Assembly: GCA_965225945.1 (NCBI GenBank)
Contig: CBDDBZ010000039.1
Location: 256,001-320,000, forward strand
Length of the DNA stretch: 64,000 bases
Reading direction: 5' to 3'
Source of the DNA: Alphaproteobacteria bacterium
Lineage (GTDB): Bacteria > Pseudomonadota > Alphaproteobacteria > GCA-2731375
Shown: one piece after another, positions 54,421-64,000 of the stretch
Numbering within the stretch: position 1 is the first letter of the stretch
Layout of the letters: each line of letters starts with the position of its first letter
Program-made: the position numbers and the translations under genes
Notes under the pieces: model-generated
What the model was told of the DNA's origin: nothing
Database searches by the model: none
The model's input: only the letters and a program-made list of their open reading frames with translations

Positions 54421-55565
54421 TCAGAACGACACCTTGATGCCGCCGACGACGTAGAAGCCGTCGTCGTTGGAGCCGGGACCGCCAAGCTCGTCATCCAGGT
54501 TGGCGTACGCGATCGAGCCCTTCAGGGCGACGCCCGGGCCCAGCTTGTACTGAGCGCCGAGGTGGATCGTATCCACTTCGTCTTTGCTGGTATCGGCGAT
54601 GAGGTCGTCACGCTCGCCATGCTTCCAGATGATGCTCACGCCCCACGGACCCGTCTCGTAGGCGAGGCCGACCGCGTAACCGGTGTTGTCCGCACTGACC
54701 GTGCCGTCCTTGCGATCGATCGAATCCAGCGCGGTGCCATAGTAGCCGCCCAGGCTGAAGCCGCCGACGCCCAACAGGGCGCCGAAGATGAGCGTTTCCG
54801 GATCGCTGCCGGTGTTGCCGGACGGCTTCTCGCCGTGGGCGTAGCCGCCGGAGACCTTCACGCTCACCTGGTCGAACTTGGTAATGTAGTTGGCGCCGAG
54901 CGAGAGGACGTTGCTGATCTTCGTATCGTTGTCGATGGCGTTGCTGTCCTGATCGCCACAGGCCGGCGTGTAGGAGAGGCCGAACTGGAAGCCGGTGAAA
55001 CGGGGCGTGTAGTAGGTCAGCCGCTTGTCGTCGTTACAACTGTTGTCGACCTCGATATTGGCCGAACCCAGGGGGCGCGGAACTGATCGAAGTGACTGTT
55101 GCCGCCACCCGCCGCGAAGATGGTGTAGTTGATCCACTGGCTGTCGTCGCCCGACATCGTCGTGATGCCGAAGTCCTTCGGTCCGTAACCCATCGCGTAC
55201 TGCGCCGAGTTCTCCGAACCCATCAGGAACTGACCCCAACCGCCGGTCAGCCTGATGTACGATTCGTCGATCTGGTCGCCGCCGGTGTTGCCCTCAAGCT
55301 CGACGTGGTACTGGACCTTCAAGCCGTTGTCCAAGGTGGCACGCGCGTTGAAGAACACCTCGGCGTCGCTCTTGTGGTCGAAGTCGCTCAAGGCCACGCC
55401 ACCGGCGACACCGGGCGTGGTGTCGTCGTTGTCGACGGACCTGAAACCGAACCACTGTTCCATGTAGCCGTTCAACGATGCCTCAAGCCCCGCGGCAGCC
55501 GCGGGACCGGACATCAGGACACCCGCGGCCACGAGGGCCGAGGTGCCGAGTAGAAGCCTTTTCAT
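54421..55565 (-). pseudogene. Outer-membrane porin (Porin_4 type) with -1 frameshift in a G5 run at 55071-55075
   Basis: Signal MKRLLLGTSAL, LDNGL...VELEG...QIDE, YYTPRF.GFQFGLSY, C-terminal KVSF; adding one base restores the frame. Confidence 0.88.
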
Positions 55566-55951
55566 CCGGTTTCCCCTCTGAGAGATGTGTTACCCGTCCA
55601 AACAATTCCGCCAGCCTGGGCGCCACGGGGGGCACAACCGGCAAGCGCTGCCATAAGGCCGTCTAGCGCCCTCGGGGTCAAGCGCGCGGTCCCCGCGCCG
55701 GGAGCTATAGTCCCCCACTGTGGCGTGCTTGTCACACATCGGGAGAGCGACCGGTACGGATGACTCGAAAGTACCCGTGCCGGTGGCCCACCGAAGCCTC
55801 CAACGGCCGTGGGTCTTGCGGTGTAGGTGCGCGGTTGGTATGCCTTACCGACGCGGCGGCGGGGAAGCAGGCGGCCGCAAATTTCACGGGGTCGAATCTC
55901 GCCGCGCGATGCCTGGACAGGGTGAGGCCGGAAATGACGAGGGCGGGAAAG

Positions 55952-56524
55952 ATGAGACGATGGCACGCGGGCGCGCGCATCGCCGTGTGCCTCCTCGGCG
56001 TGATGGGGCTCGCCGCGTGCGAGGGGGCGGATGTCAAGAGTCAGTATCCTCGGCCCGTGCCGGGCGGGACCACGGACCCCTCGCCCGAGGCGCCCCAGGA
56101 TTCGATCTTCGGCACCGGCGGCTTCGGTTCCACCATCTTCGGTACCGGCAGCCGCGAGGAGGCGGCCGCGCGGGCGGCACGCGGCGCCACCGGCGGCGGC
56201 ATCGGCGTCAATGGCTATCTCTGGCGGGCTTCGCTCGACACCATGTCGTTCATGCCGCTCGCCTCGGCTGATCCCTTCGGTGGCGTCATCATCACCGATT
56301 GGTACAGTCCGCCGGAAAGCCCCGACGAGCGGTTCAAGGCGACGGTCTATATTCTGGAGCGTCAACTACGCGCCGACGGTATCCGGGTCGCGGTGTTCCG
56401 GCAAACCCGGGCGGGCGGGCGCGACTGGCGGGATGCACGTCTGAACGCGCGGACGGCGACGGAGTTGGAGGACGCCATCCTGACCCGGGCGCGGCAGCTT
56501 CGGATCAGCTCGCTCGGCGAATAA
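55952..56524 (+). CDS. DUF3576 lipoprotein
   Basis: VNGYLWRASLDTMSFMPLASADPFGGVIITDWY; LAAC lipobox; upstream of leuS. Confidence 0.9.
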   Translation: MRRWHAGARIAVCLLGVMGLAACEGADVKSQYPRPVPGGTTDPSPEAPQDSIFGTGGFGSTIFGTGSREEAAARAARGATGGGIGVNGYLWRASLDTMSFMPLASADPFGGVIITDWYSPPESPDERFKATVYILERQLRADGIRVAVFRQTRAGGRDWRDARLNARTATELEDAILTRARQLRISSLGE

Positions 56525-56607
56525 CGAATCCGCGCCCGCGCGCCGGCTTGACCGGTGGAAGTGGTGCAACCATTATCGATTCTCGATGTCTCTGATTGGA
56601 ATCCGGC

Positions 56608-57778
56608 ATGAGTTCTCATGCTGCCGTGCCCTCCCTCCCGGTTTTCGAGGTGGGCGATCGGATGCCCGATTTCGTATTGCCCGACGTTAGTGGCGCGCCC
56701 GTCGGTTACTATCTTTCCGCGATCGGCAATCTTTCCGCGATCGGCAAGCCTCTGGTCTTTCCGCGATCGGCAAGCCTCTGGTCTTTCCGCGATCGGCAAG
56801 CCTCTGGTCCTGGTAATTTGCGCCCATCCGAATGGAGAGGTGCTGCGACCGTTCGCGGAGCGCGCCGAGGCCTTGGCGGTCGCGACGGTGATTTTCGTCA
56901 CCTCGCTACCCCCTCTGGAGAATGCCGCGCTCGCCCAGGAGCTGCGATTGCCCTTCGCGCTGTTGTCCGATGTTTCCGGTGAGGTCGTCACCGCCTTGCT
57001 GAACGATGGGCGAGGGGCTAAGTCGATGCCGCGAGTCGCCACCTTCACATCCGATCCCAATCAGCGGATACGACGGGTCGATCGCGGTCGCCACGCGGCG
57101 CGTCAGGTCGAGAAGGCGCTCGGTTGCCTGAAGCGGATGCTGCCACCGCCCGATCCGGTGCCGGTCTCCCGACCGGCACCGCTGCTCTACGTCCCGGGCG
57201 TACTCGACGCGGCAGGATGTCGGGACTTGATCGGGATCTGGCATCGCGAAGGCAACGTCGATACGGGCACCATCAATGTCTTCAACGACCGCGTCGAGAC
57301 CAAGGATCACGGGACCAAGGTCCGCCGCGACCACTACGTTCGTGACCGGCGGGTCTTGGCCGACCTCTCCCTGCTCATGGATCGGCGCATCGTGCCCGAG
57401 GTCTCGAAGGCTTTCTGCTTTCGGGTCAGCCGCGTCGAGGAGTTCAAGATCGGTCGTTACACGGGCGAGGAGGGCGGCTTCTTCCGCCCCCACAAGGACA
57501 ATCTCTCGGAAACCACGGCGCATCGCCGTTTCGCCATGTCGCTCCTGCTCAACGATCCCGACGCGTATGAAGGCGGCGAGCTTCGGTTCATGGAGTACGG
57601 CCCGGAACTCTACAAGCCCGGGGCCGGTGACGCGGTGGTCTTCAGTTGTTCCTTGTTGCACGAAGTGTTGCCGGTGACCCGGGGCAAGCGGTTCGTTCTG
57701 TTGTGCTTCATGTTCGGTGACGCGGAGGCGCAAGCCTTGGAGGCGCGGCGTCGCCGCGACGCCGCGACCGCGCGGTGA
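56608..57778 (+). pseudogene. AhpC/TSA-fold + 2OG-Fe(II) oxygenase fusion, frameshifted by tandem duplication
   Basis: VGDRMPDFVLPD (redoxin start); FRPHKDN...YEGGEL...[13 protein letters not shown] (HxD..H..R). Confidence 0.85.
56712..56807 (+). repeat. Tandem repeat: one 18-bp partial plus three 26-bp units TCTTTCCGCGATCGGCAAGCCTCTGG
   Basis: Exact copies at 56730, 56756 and 56782; partial copy at 56712. Confidence 0.95.
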
Positions 57779-57893
57779 AGGCCGGCGTGCTTGCGCCCCA
57801 GGGCCGATCCCCCCATATTCGCGCCCGCCGATAATGGAGCCCGGCGAACGGTGCGCGGGCTGCCGCGAGACCTCGTCCAGACCAGGCGCAACC

Positions 57894-60482
57894 ATGAACG
57901 ACACGATTCCTACCTCCCGCTACAGCGCCCGCGCGATCGAGGCCAAATGGCAGGCGATCTGGGACCAGCGTGGCTGCTTCGTCGCCCAGGAGACGCCGGG
58001 GCGGGAGAAATACTACGTTCTGGAAATGTTCCCCTATCCCAGTGGGCGGATCCACATGGGCCACGTGCGCAACTATGCCATGGGCGATCTGGTGGCGCGC
58101 TACAAGCGGGCGCGGGGCTTCAACGTGCTGCATCCGATGGGCTGGGACGCCTTCGGCCTGCCGGCGGAGAACGCGGCGCTGGAGAACAAGGTCCATCCCG
58201 CCGCGTGGACGGCCGAGAACATCGACCACATGCGGGCGCAGTTGCAGTCGATGGGCCTGTCGCTCGACTGGTCCCGCGAATTCGCCACCTGCGATCCCGA
58301 GTATTACCGCCACGAGCAGAAGATGTTCCTCGACTTTCTGGCGGCGGGCCTGGTCGAGCGCAAAGAATCCTGGGTCAACTGGGACCCGGTCGAGCACACG
58401 GTGCTGGCCAATGAGCAGGTGATCGACGGGATGGGCTGGCGCTCCGGCGTGGCCGTCGAGCGGCGCAAGCTTTTCCAGTGGTTCTTCCGAATCACCGCGA
58501 TGGGCGAGGAGCTGCTCTCGGGCCTCGACGGGCTGGAGCGCTGGCCGGACAAGGTCAGGCTGATGCAGCGCAATTGGATCGGCCGCTCGGACGGCGCGCG
58601 CCTGCGCTTCGGGGGCGTCGATGGCGACGCCGAGATCGAGGTCTTCACCACCCGCCACGACACCATCTTCGGCGCCACCTTCATCGCCCTTTCACCCCAC
58701 CATCCGCTGAGCGCCAGGCTGGCCGGCGACGATTCCGGCTTGGCCGAGTTCATCGCCAGCTGCCGGCGGAGCGGGACCAGCGAGGCGGCGCTGGAAACGG
58801 CGGAAAAGCGCGGCTATCGCTCTGCCATCGAGGTCGCCCATCCGTTTTTGGACGGCGTCCGGCTGCCGGTCTACGTCGCCAATTTCGTGCTGATGGAATA
58901 TGGCACCGGCGCCATCTTCGGCTGTCCGGGACACGATCAGCGCGATCTGGAATTCGCCCGCCAGTATGACCTGGCGGTGATCCCCGTGGTGGCGCCGGCG
59001 GAGGCCGATCCGGCCACCTTCCAGATCGGCGAGGTGGCCTATCTCGGCCCCGGGCGGATGATCAACTCGGGCTTCCTCGACGGCCTCGAGGTGGAGGCGG
59101 CGAAGGCCGAGGTCGCGCGCCGGGCCGAGGCCGGCGGCTTCGGCGAGGCGTGGATCACCTATCGCCTGCGCGACTGGGGGGTCTCGCGCCAGCGCTACTG
59201 GGGCTGCCCGATCCCGGTGATCCATTGCGCGGGGTGCGGCATCGTCGGCGTGCCCGAGGCGGAGCTGCCGGTGAGGCTGCCGGAGGACGTCGAGTTCGAC
59301 CAACCGGGCAATCCGCTGGACCGCCATCCGACGTGGGCCGACGTCGCCTGCCCGAAATGTGGTGCCGTCGCCCGGCGCGAGACCGACACCTTCGATACCT
59401 TCATCGATTCCTCGTGGTATTTCGCCCGCTTCTGCAGCCCCCGCGACGCCAACCCGGTGGCACGCGACGCGGTCGACTACTGGATGCCGGTCGACCAGTA
59501 CATCGGCGGGGTCGAGCATGCGATCCTGCATCTGCTCTATTCCCGCTTCTACACCCGGGCGATGCGGCGTTGCGGCTATGTGGCGGTGGACGAGCCGTTC
59601 GACGGGATGTTCACCCAGGGCATGGTCTGCCACGCCACCTACCGGGACCCCGAGGGCAACCTGCTGCTGCCCGACGAGGTGACGCGCGACGGCGAGGATT
59701 GGCGCCATCGCGAGACCGGCGCGCCGGTCCGGGTCGGGCGCTCCGAGAAGATGAGCAAGCGCCTCAAGAACGTGATCGACCCGGCCGAGATCATCGAGCG
59801 CTATGGCGCCGACACCGCGCGCTGGTTCATGCTGTCGGATAGCCCGCCGGACCGCGACCTGGAATGGACGGACGCCGGGGTCGAGGGGGCGTGGCGCTTC
59901 ACTCAGCGGCTCTGGCGGCTGGTGCTGGGGGTGCTTGCGCGCCTGCCGGCGAACGGCACCCCGGCGCCCGCGGGCTTCTCGGGCGAGGCGGAGGCGTTGC
60001 GTCGCGCCGCCCACAAGACGGTTCTCGCGATGACCGACGACATCGAACGCTTCCGCTTCAATGTCGCGGTCGCCCGGGTGCACGAGCTGGCGAACCAGAT
60101 CGCCACCTTCGAGGCCAGCGAGGCCCGGACGCCGGGCGACGCGTGGGCGCTGCGCGAGGCCCTGGAGACATTGGTGGTGCTGGCCGGGCCGATGATCCCG
60201 CACCTGATGGAGGAGCTCTGGTCCCGCCTCGGCCACGACACTCTGCTGGTCGAGACGGCCTGGCCCGTGGCCGATCCGGCGCTGCTGAGGGATGATACGG
60301 TGACCATCGCGATCCAGGTCAATGGCAAGCTCCGGGGCCGCCTGGAGGTCGCGCGGGACTGCGAGGAGGCGGCCCTGCGGATACGCGCCTTGGCCGAGGC
60401 CGGCGTCGCCCGCGCCATCGGCGAGCGGGAGATTCGCCGCGTCGTCGTGGTGCCCAATCGCATCGTCAACGTGGTGGTGTAG
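57894..60482 (+). CDS. leuS: Leucine--tRNA ligase
   Basis: [25 protein letters not shown]. Confidence 0.98.
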   Translation: MNDTIPTSRYSARAIEAKWQAIWDQRGCFVAQETPGREKYYVLEMFPYPSGRIHMGHVRNYAMGDLVARYKRARGFNVLHPMGWDAFGLPAENAALENKVHPAAWTAENIDHMRAQLQSMGLSLDWSREFATCDPEYYRHEQKMFLDFLAAGLVERKESWVNWDPVEHTVLANEQVIDGMGWRSGVAVERRKLFQWFFRITAMGEELLSGLDGLERWPDKVRLMQRNWIGRSDGARLRFGGVDGDAEIEVFTTRHDTIFGATFIALSPHHPLSARLAGDDSGLAEFIASCRRSGTSEAALETAEKRGYRSAIEVAHPFLDGVRLPVYVANFVLMEYGTGAIFGCPGHDQRDLEFARQYDLAVIPVVAPAEADPATFQIGEVAYLGPGRMINSGFLDGLEVEAAKAEVARRAEAGGFGEAWITYRLRDWGVSRQRYWGCPIPVIHCAGCGIVGVPEAELPVRLPEDVEFDQPGNPLDRHPTWADVACPKCGAVARRETDTFDTFIDSSWYFARFCSPRDANPVARDAVDYWMPVDQYIGGVEHAILHLLYSRFYTRAMRRCGYVAVDEPFDGMFTQGMVCHATYRDPEGNLLLPDEVTRDGEDWRHRETGAPVRVGRSEKMSKRLKNVIDPAEIIERYGADTARWFMLSDSPPDRDLEWTDAGVEGAWRFTQRLWRLVLGVLARLPANGTPAPAGFSGEAEALRRAAHKTVLAMTDDIERFRFNVAVARVHELANQIATFEASEARTPGDAWALREALETLVVLAGPMIPHLMEELWSRLGHDTLLVETAWPVADPALLRDDTVTIAIQVNGKLRGRLEVARDCEEAALRIRALAEAGVARAIGEREIRRVVVVPNRIVNVVV

Positions 60483-60751
60483 GTCGCGGTGAAACAGCCC
60501 CTCGCTTCGCCCGGGGTCCGTCCCCACAGGCTCGAAACGGCGGATTTCGCGGCCCCGGGGCGGTTTGGGGCGGCCCGGCGTCGCCTCTTCATTTCGTTGT
60601 CGAAACAATCAGCAAAATCGGCCCGCCCTGCCGCTCCAAAGGCGGTTTTGGCCAATTCGACCCGGGAAAATGGAGTCCGAGGCGAAGCCGAGGGACGTTT
60701 TCACTTATCGACGGTGTGGCGCGGCGTGATCGCGCTCGGGGCATTGCCGTC

Positions 60752-61783
60752 TTGCGGCTGACAGGGCGACAGGTCGAGGCCTTTCTTCGCCGCCCCGACC
60801 CGGCCGTGCACGCGGTCCTGATCCATGGCCCCGACGGCGGTCGGGTGCGCGAGGTGGGGCGGCATCTCTTGCAACAGATGGCGGCGAATCCGGACGACCC
60901 CTTCGCCGTGAGCAATTTGACGCTAGCCGACGTCACGGCGGATCCGGCTCGCCTGCTTGACGAGACCACGGCGTTGGTGCTGGGCGGCGGGCGCCGTGTC
61001 GTGCGGCTGCGCGAGGCCGCCTCGGCGCTGGCCGATGCGGCCTCGGCGGTGCTCGAACTCGAGGATCCGGGCGCCTTCGTGATCCTGGAGGCCGGCGACC
61101 TCGGGCCTCGCGACAAGCTCCGTAAGCTCTTCGAGGCGGCTGGCGCCGGGGCCGCGATCCCCTGCTACCCCGACGAGGGCGCGGACCTGGAGGCGGTCAT
61201 TCGCCACGGCCTGGAAGAGGCGGGCCACGCCATCGAGCCGGCGGCGCTCGCCTATGTCGCGGCCCAGCTCGGGGGCGATCGGGCACAGACCCGCTCCGAG
61301 ATCGAGAAACTGGTGCTCTACAAGGGGGACGAGACGGGCGCCATCACGCTCGACGACGTGGCCGCGGCGGTGGGCGACGGCGCACCGATGCTGGTCGACG
61401 ACATCGTGCTCGCGGTGGCGAGCGGCGAGCAGGGCCGTCTCGACCGCGCGCTGGAGCGGGCCTTCCAGGCGGGCCAGACGCCGGTGGGCGTGCTCCGCGC
61501 CGTGGCCCGCCACCTGACCCGGCTGCACCTGGCCGCGAGCCTGATCGCCGCCGGCCAGTCAGCGGACCAGGTGGTGGCGAGCCTGCGCCCGCCGCTGTTC
61601 TACAAGCACAAACCGATTTTCCTGGGCCAGCTCCGCCAATGGTCGCGGAGCGGCCTGGCCCGGGCTCTGGAGCTGCTGATGACGGCCGAGCTCGACTGTA
61701 AGTCGAGCGGCATGCCGGACGTGGTGCTCTCGGCCCGCGCCCTCATGCGCATCGCCCAGGCCGCAGGGCGGCGGGACGGCTGA
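60752..61783 (+). CDS. holA: DNA polymerase III delta subunit
   Basis: LIHGPDGGRVRE, EIEKLVLY, RPPLFYK; follows leuS. Confidence 0.92.
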   Translation: MRLTGRQVEAFLRRPDPAVHAVLIHGPDGGRVREVGRHLLQQMAANPDDPFAVSNLTLADVTADPARLLDETTALVLGGGRRVVRLREAASALADAASAVLELEDPGAFVILEAGDLGPRDKLRKLFEAAGAGAAIPCYPDEGADLEAVIRHGLEEAGHAIEPAALAYVAAQLGGDRAQTRSEIEKLVLYKGDETGAITLDDVAAAVGDGAPMLVDDIVLAVASGEQGRLDRALERAFQAGQTPVGVLRAVARHLTRLHLAASLIAAGQSADQVVASLRPPLFYKHKPIFLGQLRQWSRSGLARALELLMTAELDCKSSGMPDVVLSARALMRIAQAAGRRDG

Positions 61784-61965
61784 CACCAAATGCCGTCATG
61801 ACGCCAAATCCGTCGTTTCCGGCAGCCGCGAAAACCCGGTGTAAAATCGGTAAGCCTATGAACGGAGCCATCGGCCGCACGAGTCGTCGGGCCGGGCGAG
61901 GCGTGGCGACCCAGGGAAGGGAGAGGATAAGGGGACGCTTTAATTAACTTCATGAGGTTAGGTAA

Positions 61966-62990
61966 GGCTCAATTCGTGAATTGTATGCGTCACCTTGTTA
62001 CGGCGGCGGCGAGGCAGGCTCGGTCATTGGCGCCGGGGGCGAGGCCGACGAGGTGGAACCAGCTCAGGTAGTTGTCCAGATAGCGGGTGGCGATGCCGTG
62101 GCGGGGACGCAGGAAGTCCTTCAACCGGCTGTGGCGGCTGTTCACCGTCTGCACATGCAGATCGCCCCGAACCCGTTCCCCCATCGAGCGGTTGAGTGCT
62201 TCGTGGCTCACCCCGAGCGCGGCGGCGCACGGTGGGTAGCTCGCGCCGCCGTCGGAGACCAGCAGGGCGTCCTTCGCGACCACCGGGTCGAGGGCAGCCG
62301 TGAGCGCCGCCGCATCGACCCTGGGCAGCACCGCGCTGACCGTCGTTCCGCTCCGGTCCGCCGCCATGAGAACCGGTACCTGCTCGCGCGAGAGGCCGCG
62401 CTTCTTCGCCTTGCCGCCCCGCCGCCGTGCCTTGCGCCCCAGCCCGCGCGCGCCCTTCCGGCTCTCCAGGACGTAGGTCTCGTCCGCTTCCACGATCCCC
62501 TTGAGCACCTCCGAATCGCTCCGCGCCGCCGCCAGAAACCGGTGACGCCAGCGGAACGCCGTGCTCACCGCCACGTCGCAGCGCGCCGCCGACGCCTTCA
62601 CCGTCTCCCCCTTCGCCAGCGACGCCCCGAACGACAGCCAGCGTTCCTTGTGGTGCAAGCCCGACAGCGGCGTACCGCTCAGTGCGTTGAAGGTCCTGCC
62701 GCAGCCCTTGCACTGGTAGCGCCGCAGACCCCGCGCCATACCGCGCGAAACCGCCCCTTCGCTCGCGCAGTGCGGACAGCGCCGGGCCTCGTCCACACCA
62801 AGCTCGATCGCGGCCTTCGATGCCTCGCCCTCGCTCCGGCCCGACAGCACCGCGAGCGCCTCGCGCCGCTGCGCGCGCGTCAGCCCGCGCGCCGCCGAAA
62901 GCCACACCTGGAAACCCTTGCCGTCCATAACCCAACCTCCTGACGTTCCAGGCACTCTATCACTAATGCATACAATTCACGAATTGAGCC
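61966..62990 (-). mobile_element. IS1595-family insertion sequence
   Basis: Perfect 23-bp IRs GGCTCAATTCGTGAATTGTATGC; 8-bp TSD TTAGGTAA. Confidence 0.95.
61990..62928 (-). CDS. IS1595 transposase
   Basis: CPHC...CKGC Zn ribbon, IVEADETY, VSDG, HVQTVNSRHSRLK, YLDNYL. Confidence 0.93.
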   Translation of the reverse strand: MDGKGFQVWLSAARGLTRAQRREALAVLSGRSEGEASKAAIELGVDEARRCPHCASEGAVSRGMARGLRRYQCKGCGRTFNALSGTPLSGLHHKERWLSFGASLAKGETVKASAARCDVAVSTAFRWRHRFLAAARSDSEVLKGIVEADETYVLESRKGARGLGRKARRRGGKAKKRGLSREQVPVLMAADRSGTTVSAVLPRVDAAALTAALDPVVAKDALLVSDGGASYPPCAAALGVSHEALNRSMGERVRGDLHVQTVNSRHSRLKDFLRPRHGIATRYLDNYLSWFHLVGLAPGANDRACLAAAVTR

Positions 62991-63845
62991 TTAGGTAAAG
63001 CGTCCCCTTATCCTCGTTTTCCTCGGGGTGGTTTGGCCGGGCGAGGCGTGGCGAGCCAGGGCCGCGCGCCCGGCACTTTGAAGCTTTGGCGCGGCCGCGA
63101 GAGAGTAAACCGGGGCCGCGATGCGCGGGTCGTGGCGCCACTCGGAGGGGAAGAAGGCTCGCGTGTCCGGGGGTGTTTTCGCTTCGCGACGTTGGTCGTA
63201 TTTCCGCCCTCGATGGCAGGCTCGATGATCCGGCGGGCGCCGCCGCACGTAAAGGCTGGCCCTACGGGCCACCGCTACGCGGCTCCGGCCTTGACTGGCG
63301 GCGTCGCTCACCTTTCCTGCTCCGCCATGCCGACAATGGCGTGGAGCGGGGGTAAGGAAAGGATATGCGATAGCGGTTATCCGGCGGGATCGAGGTCGAG
63401 GGAACACGATGGCCTCCTCTCCCCCTTACTTCTCATGGCGGAGCGTGGGAGCGGGGGGACGGGGGCTGTCAAGGTCGAAGCCGCGTAGCGGGGAGCCGAA
63501 GGCTCAGCCTTTACAGCCCCCGGCACCTCGCTCACCATCGAAGGCGGGAAGGGCTGGTGCCATTAACCTGTCGATCCGATGATTCGACTCCTCGCCGGCA
63601 GCTCGCACCGCCGTCAATCGCGAGGTGCTGCGCCGTGGCGATCCAGGCGGCTTCGAAGCCGCCCGGATACGTCGACATCTTTCGCGTGGCTCTGGATCGC
63701 CACGCTTCGCTTGCGATGACGTCCGTTGTGGCGGACAGGTAAGTTCATAAGCTCGCCGGTATGAAACGGAGCCCTCCAAGCCGACCACGATCCCGCCCCA
63801 CCCGTTTAGTTAGAGAGCAATGCAATCAATTACAATTAACGGGCG

Positions 63846-64000
63846 ATGATGAAGGTATTGATCGTGGGGGCCGGGCCGGCGGGTTTGACCACGGCGGTCG
63901 AACTGGCTCGCCGGGGCATAGTCGGCGACGTTATCGACTTACGGGAAAGCGAATCCGGCTTATCCCGGGCGGTCGGTATCATGCCCGCAAGCCTCGAGAT
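63846..64000 (+). CDS. FAD-dependent monooxygenase (5' part only)
   Basis: MMKVLIVGAGPAGLTTAVELARRG...SRAVGI. Confidence 0.85.
   Translation, partial: MMKVLIVGAGPAGLTTAVELARRGIVGDVIDLRESESGLSRAVGIMPASLE

Larger units (their letters stand above)
61923..63015. repeat. REP-like palindrome (20-bp arms GAGGATAAGGGGACGCTTTA) split by IS1595
   Basis: Arms at 61923-61942 and 62996-63015 are perfect reverse complements. Confidence 0.8.

Noticed and set aside
56712-56807. Possible CRISPR array
   Set aside because: The units are head-to-tail with no spacers, lie inside a CDS, and no cas genes are present
62991-63800. Short ORFs right of IS1595
   Set aside because: Arg/Pro-rich with no motifs; better explained as structured non-coding DNA

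Overview
GC-rich alphaproteobacterial (Rhodospirillales-like) chromosomal segment. It is mostly core and metabolic genes: accA, proC, gpsA, mutT, argJ, greA, carB, hemE-hemH-hemJ, DUF299/ppsR, a liv-type ABC transporter, a porin, DUF3576, leuS and holA. The hemE/DUF299 intergenic region is a likely replication origin. Five mobile elements are visible: an IS91-type/tyrosine-recombinase element at the left edge; an IS3-family element inside it with an unusually long 14-bp target duplication; an IS1182-like element at a CTAG site; a 4.4-kb IS21 element carrying a Cys-rich ORF and a toprim-like passenger; and an IS1595 element inserted in a palindrome. The most system-like accessory block is 46-57.8 kb. 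It holds a JmjC hydroxylase, three tandem PAPS sulfotransferases (one split by the IS21), a porin with a homopolymer frameshift, and a thioredoxin-fold/2OG-Fe(II) oxygenase frameshifted by a 26-bp tandem repeat, and is a candidate hydroxylation-plus-sulfation surface modification locus. Product calls come from motif recognition only; no database searches were run.
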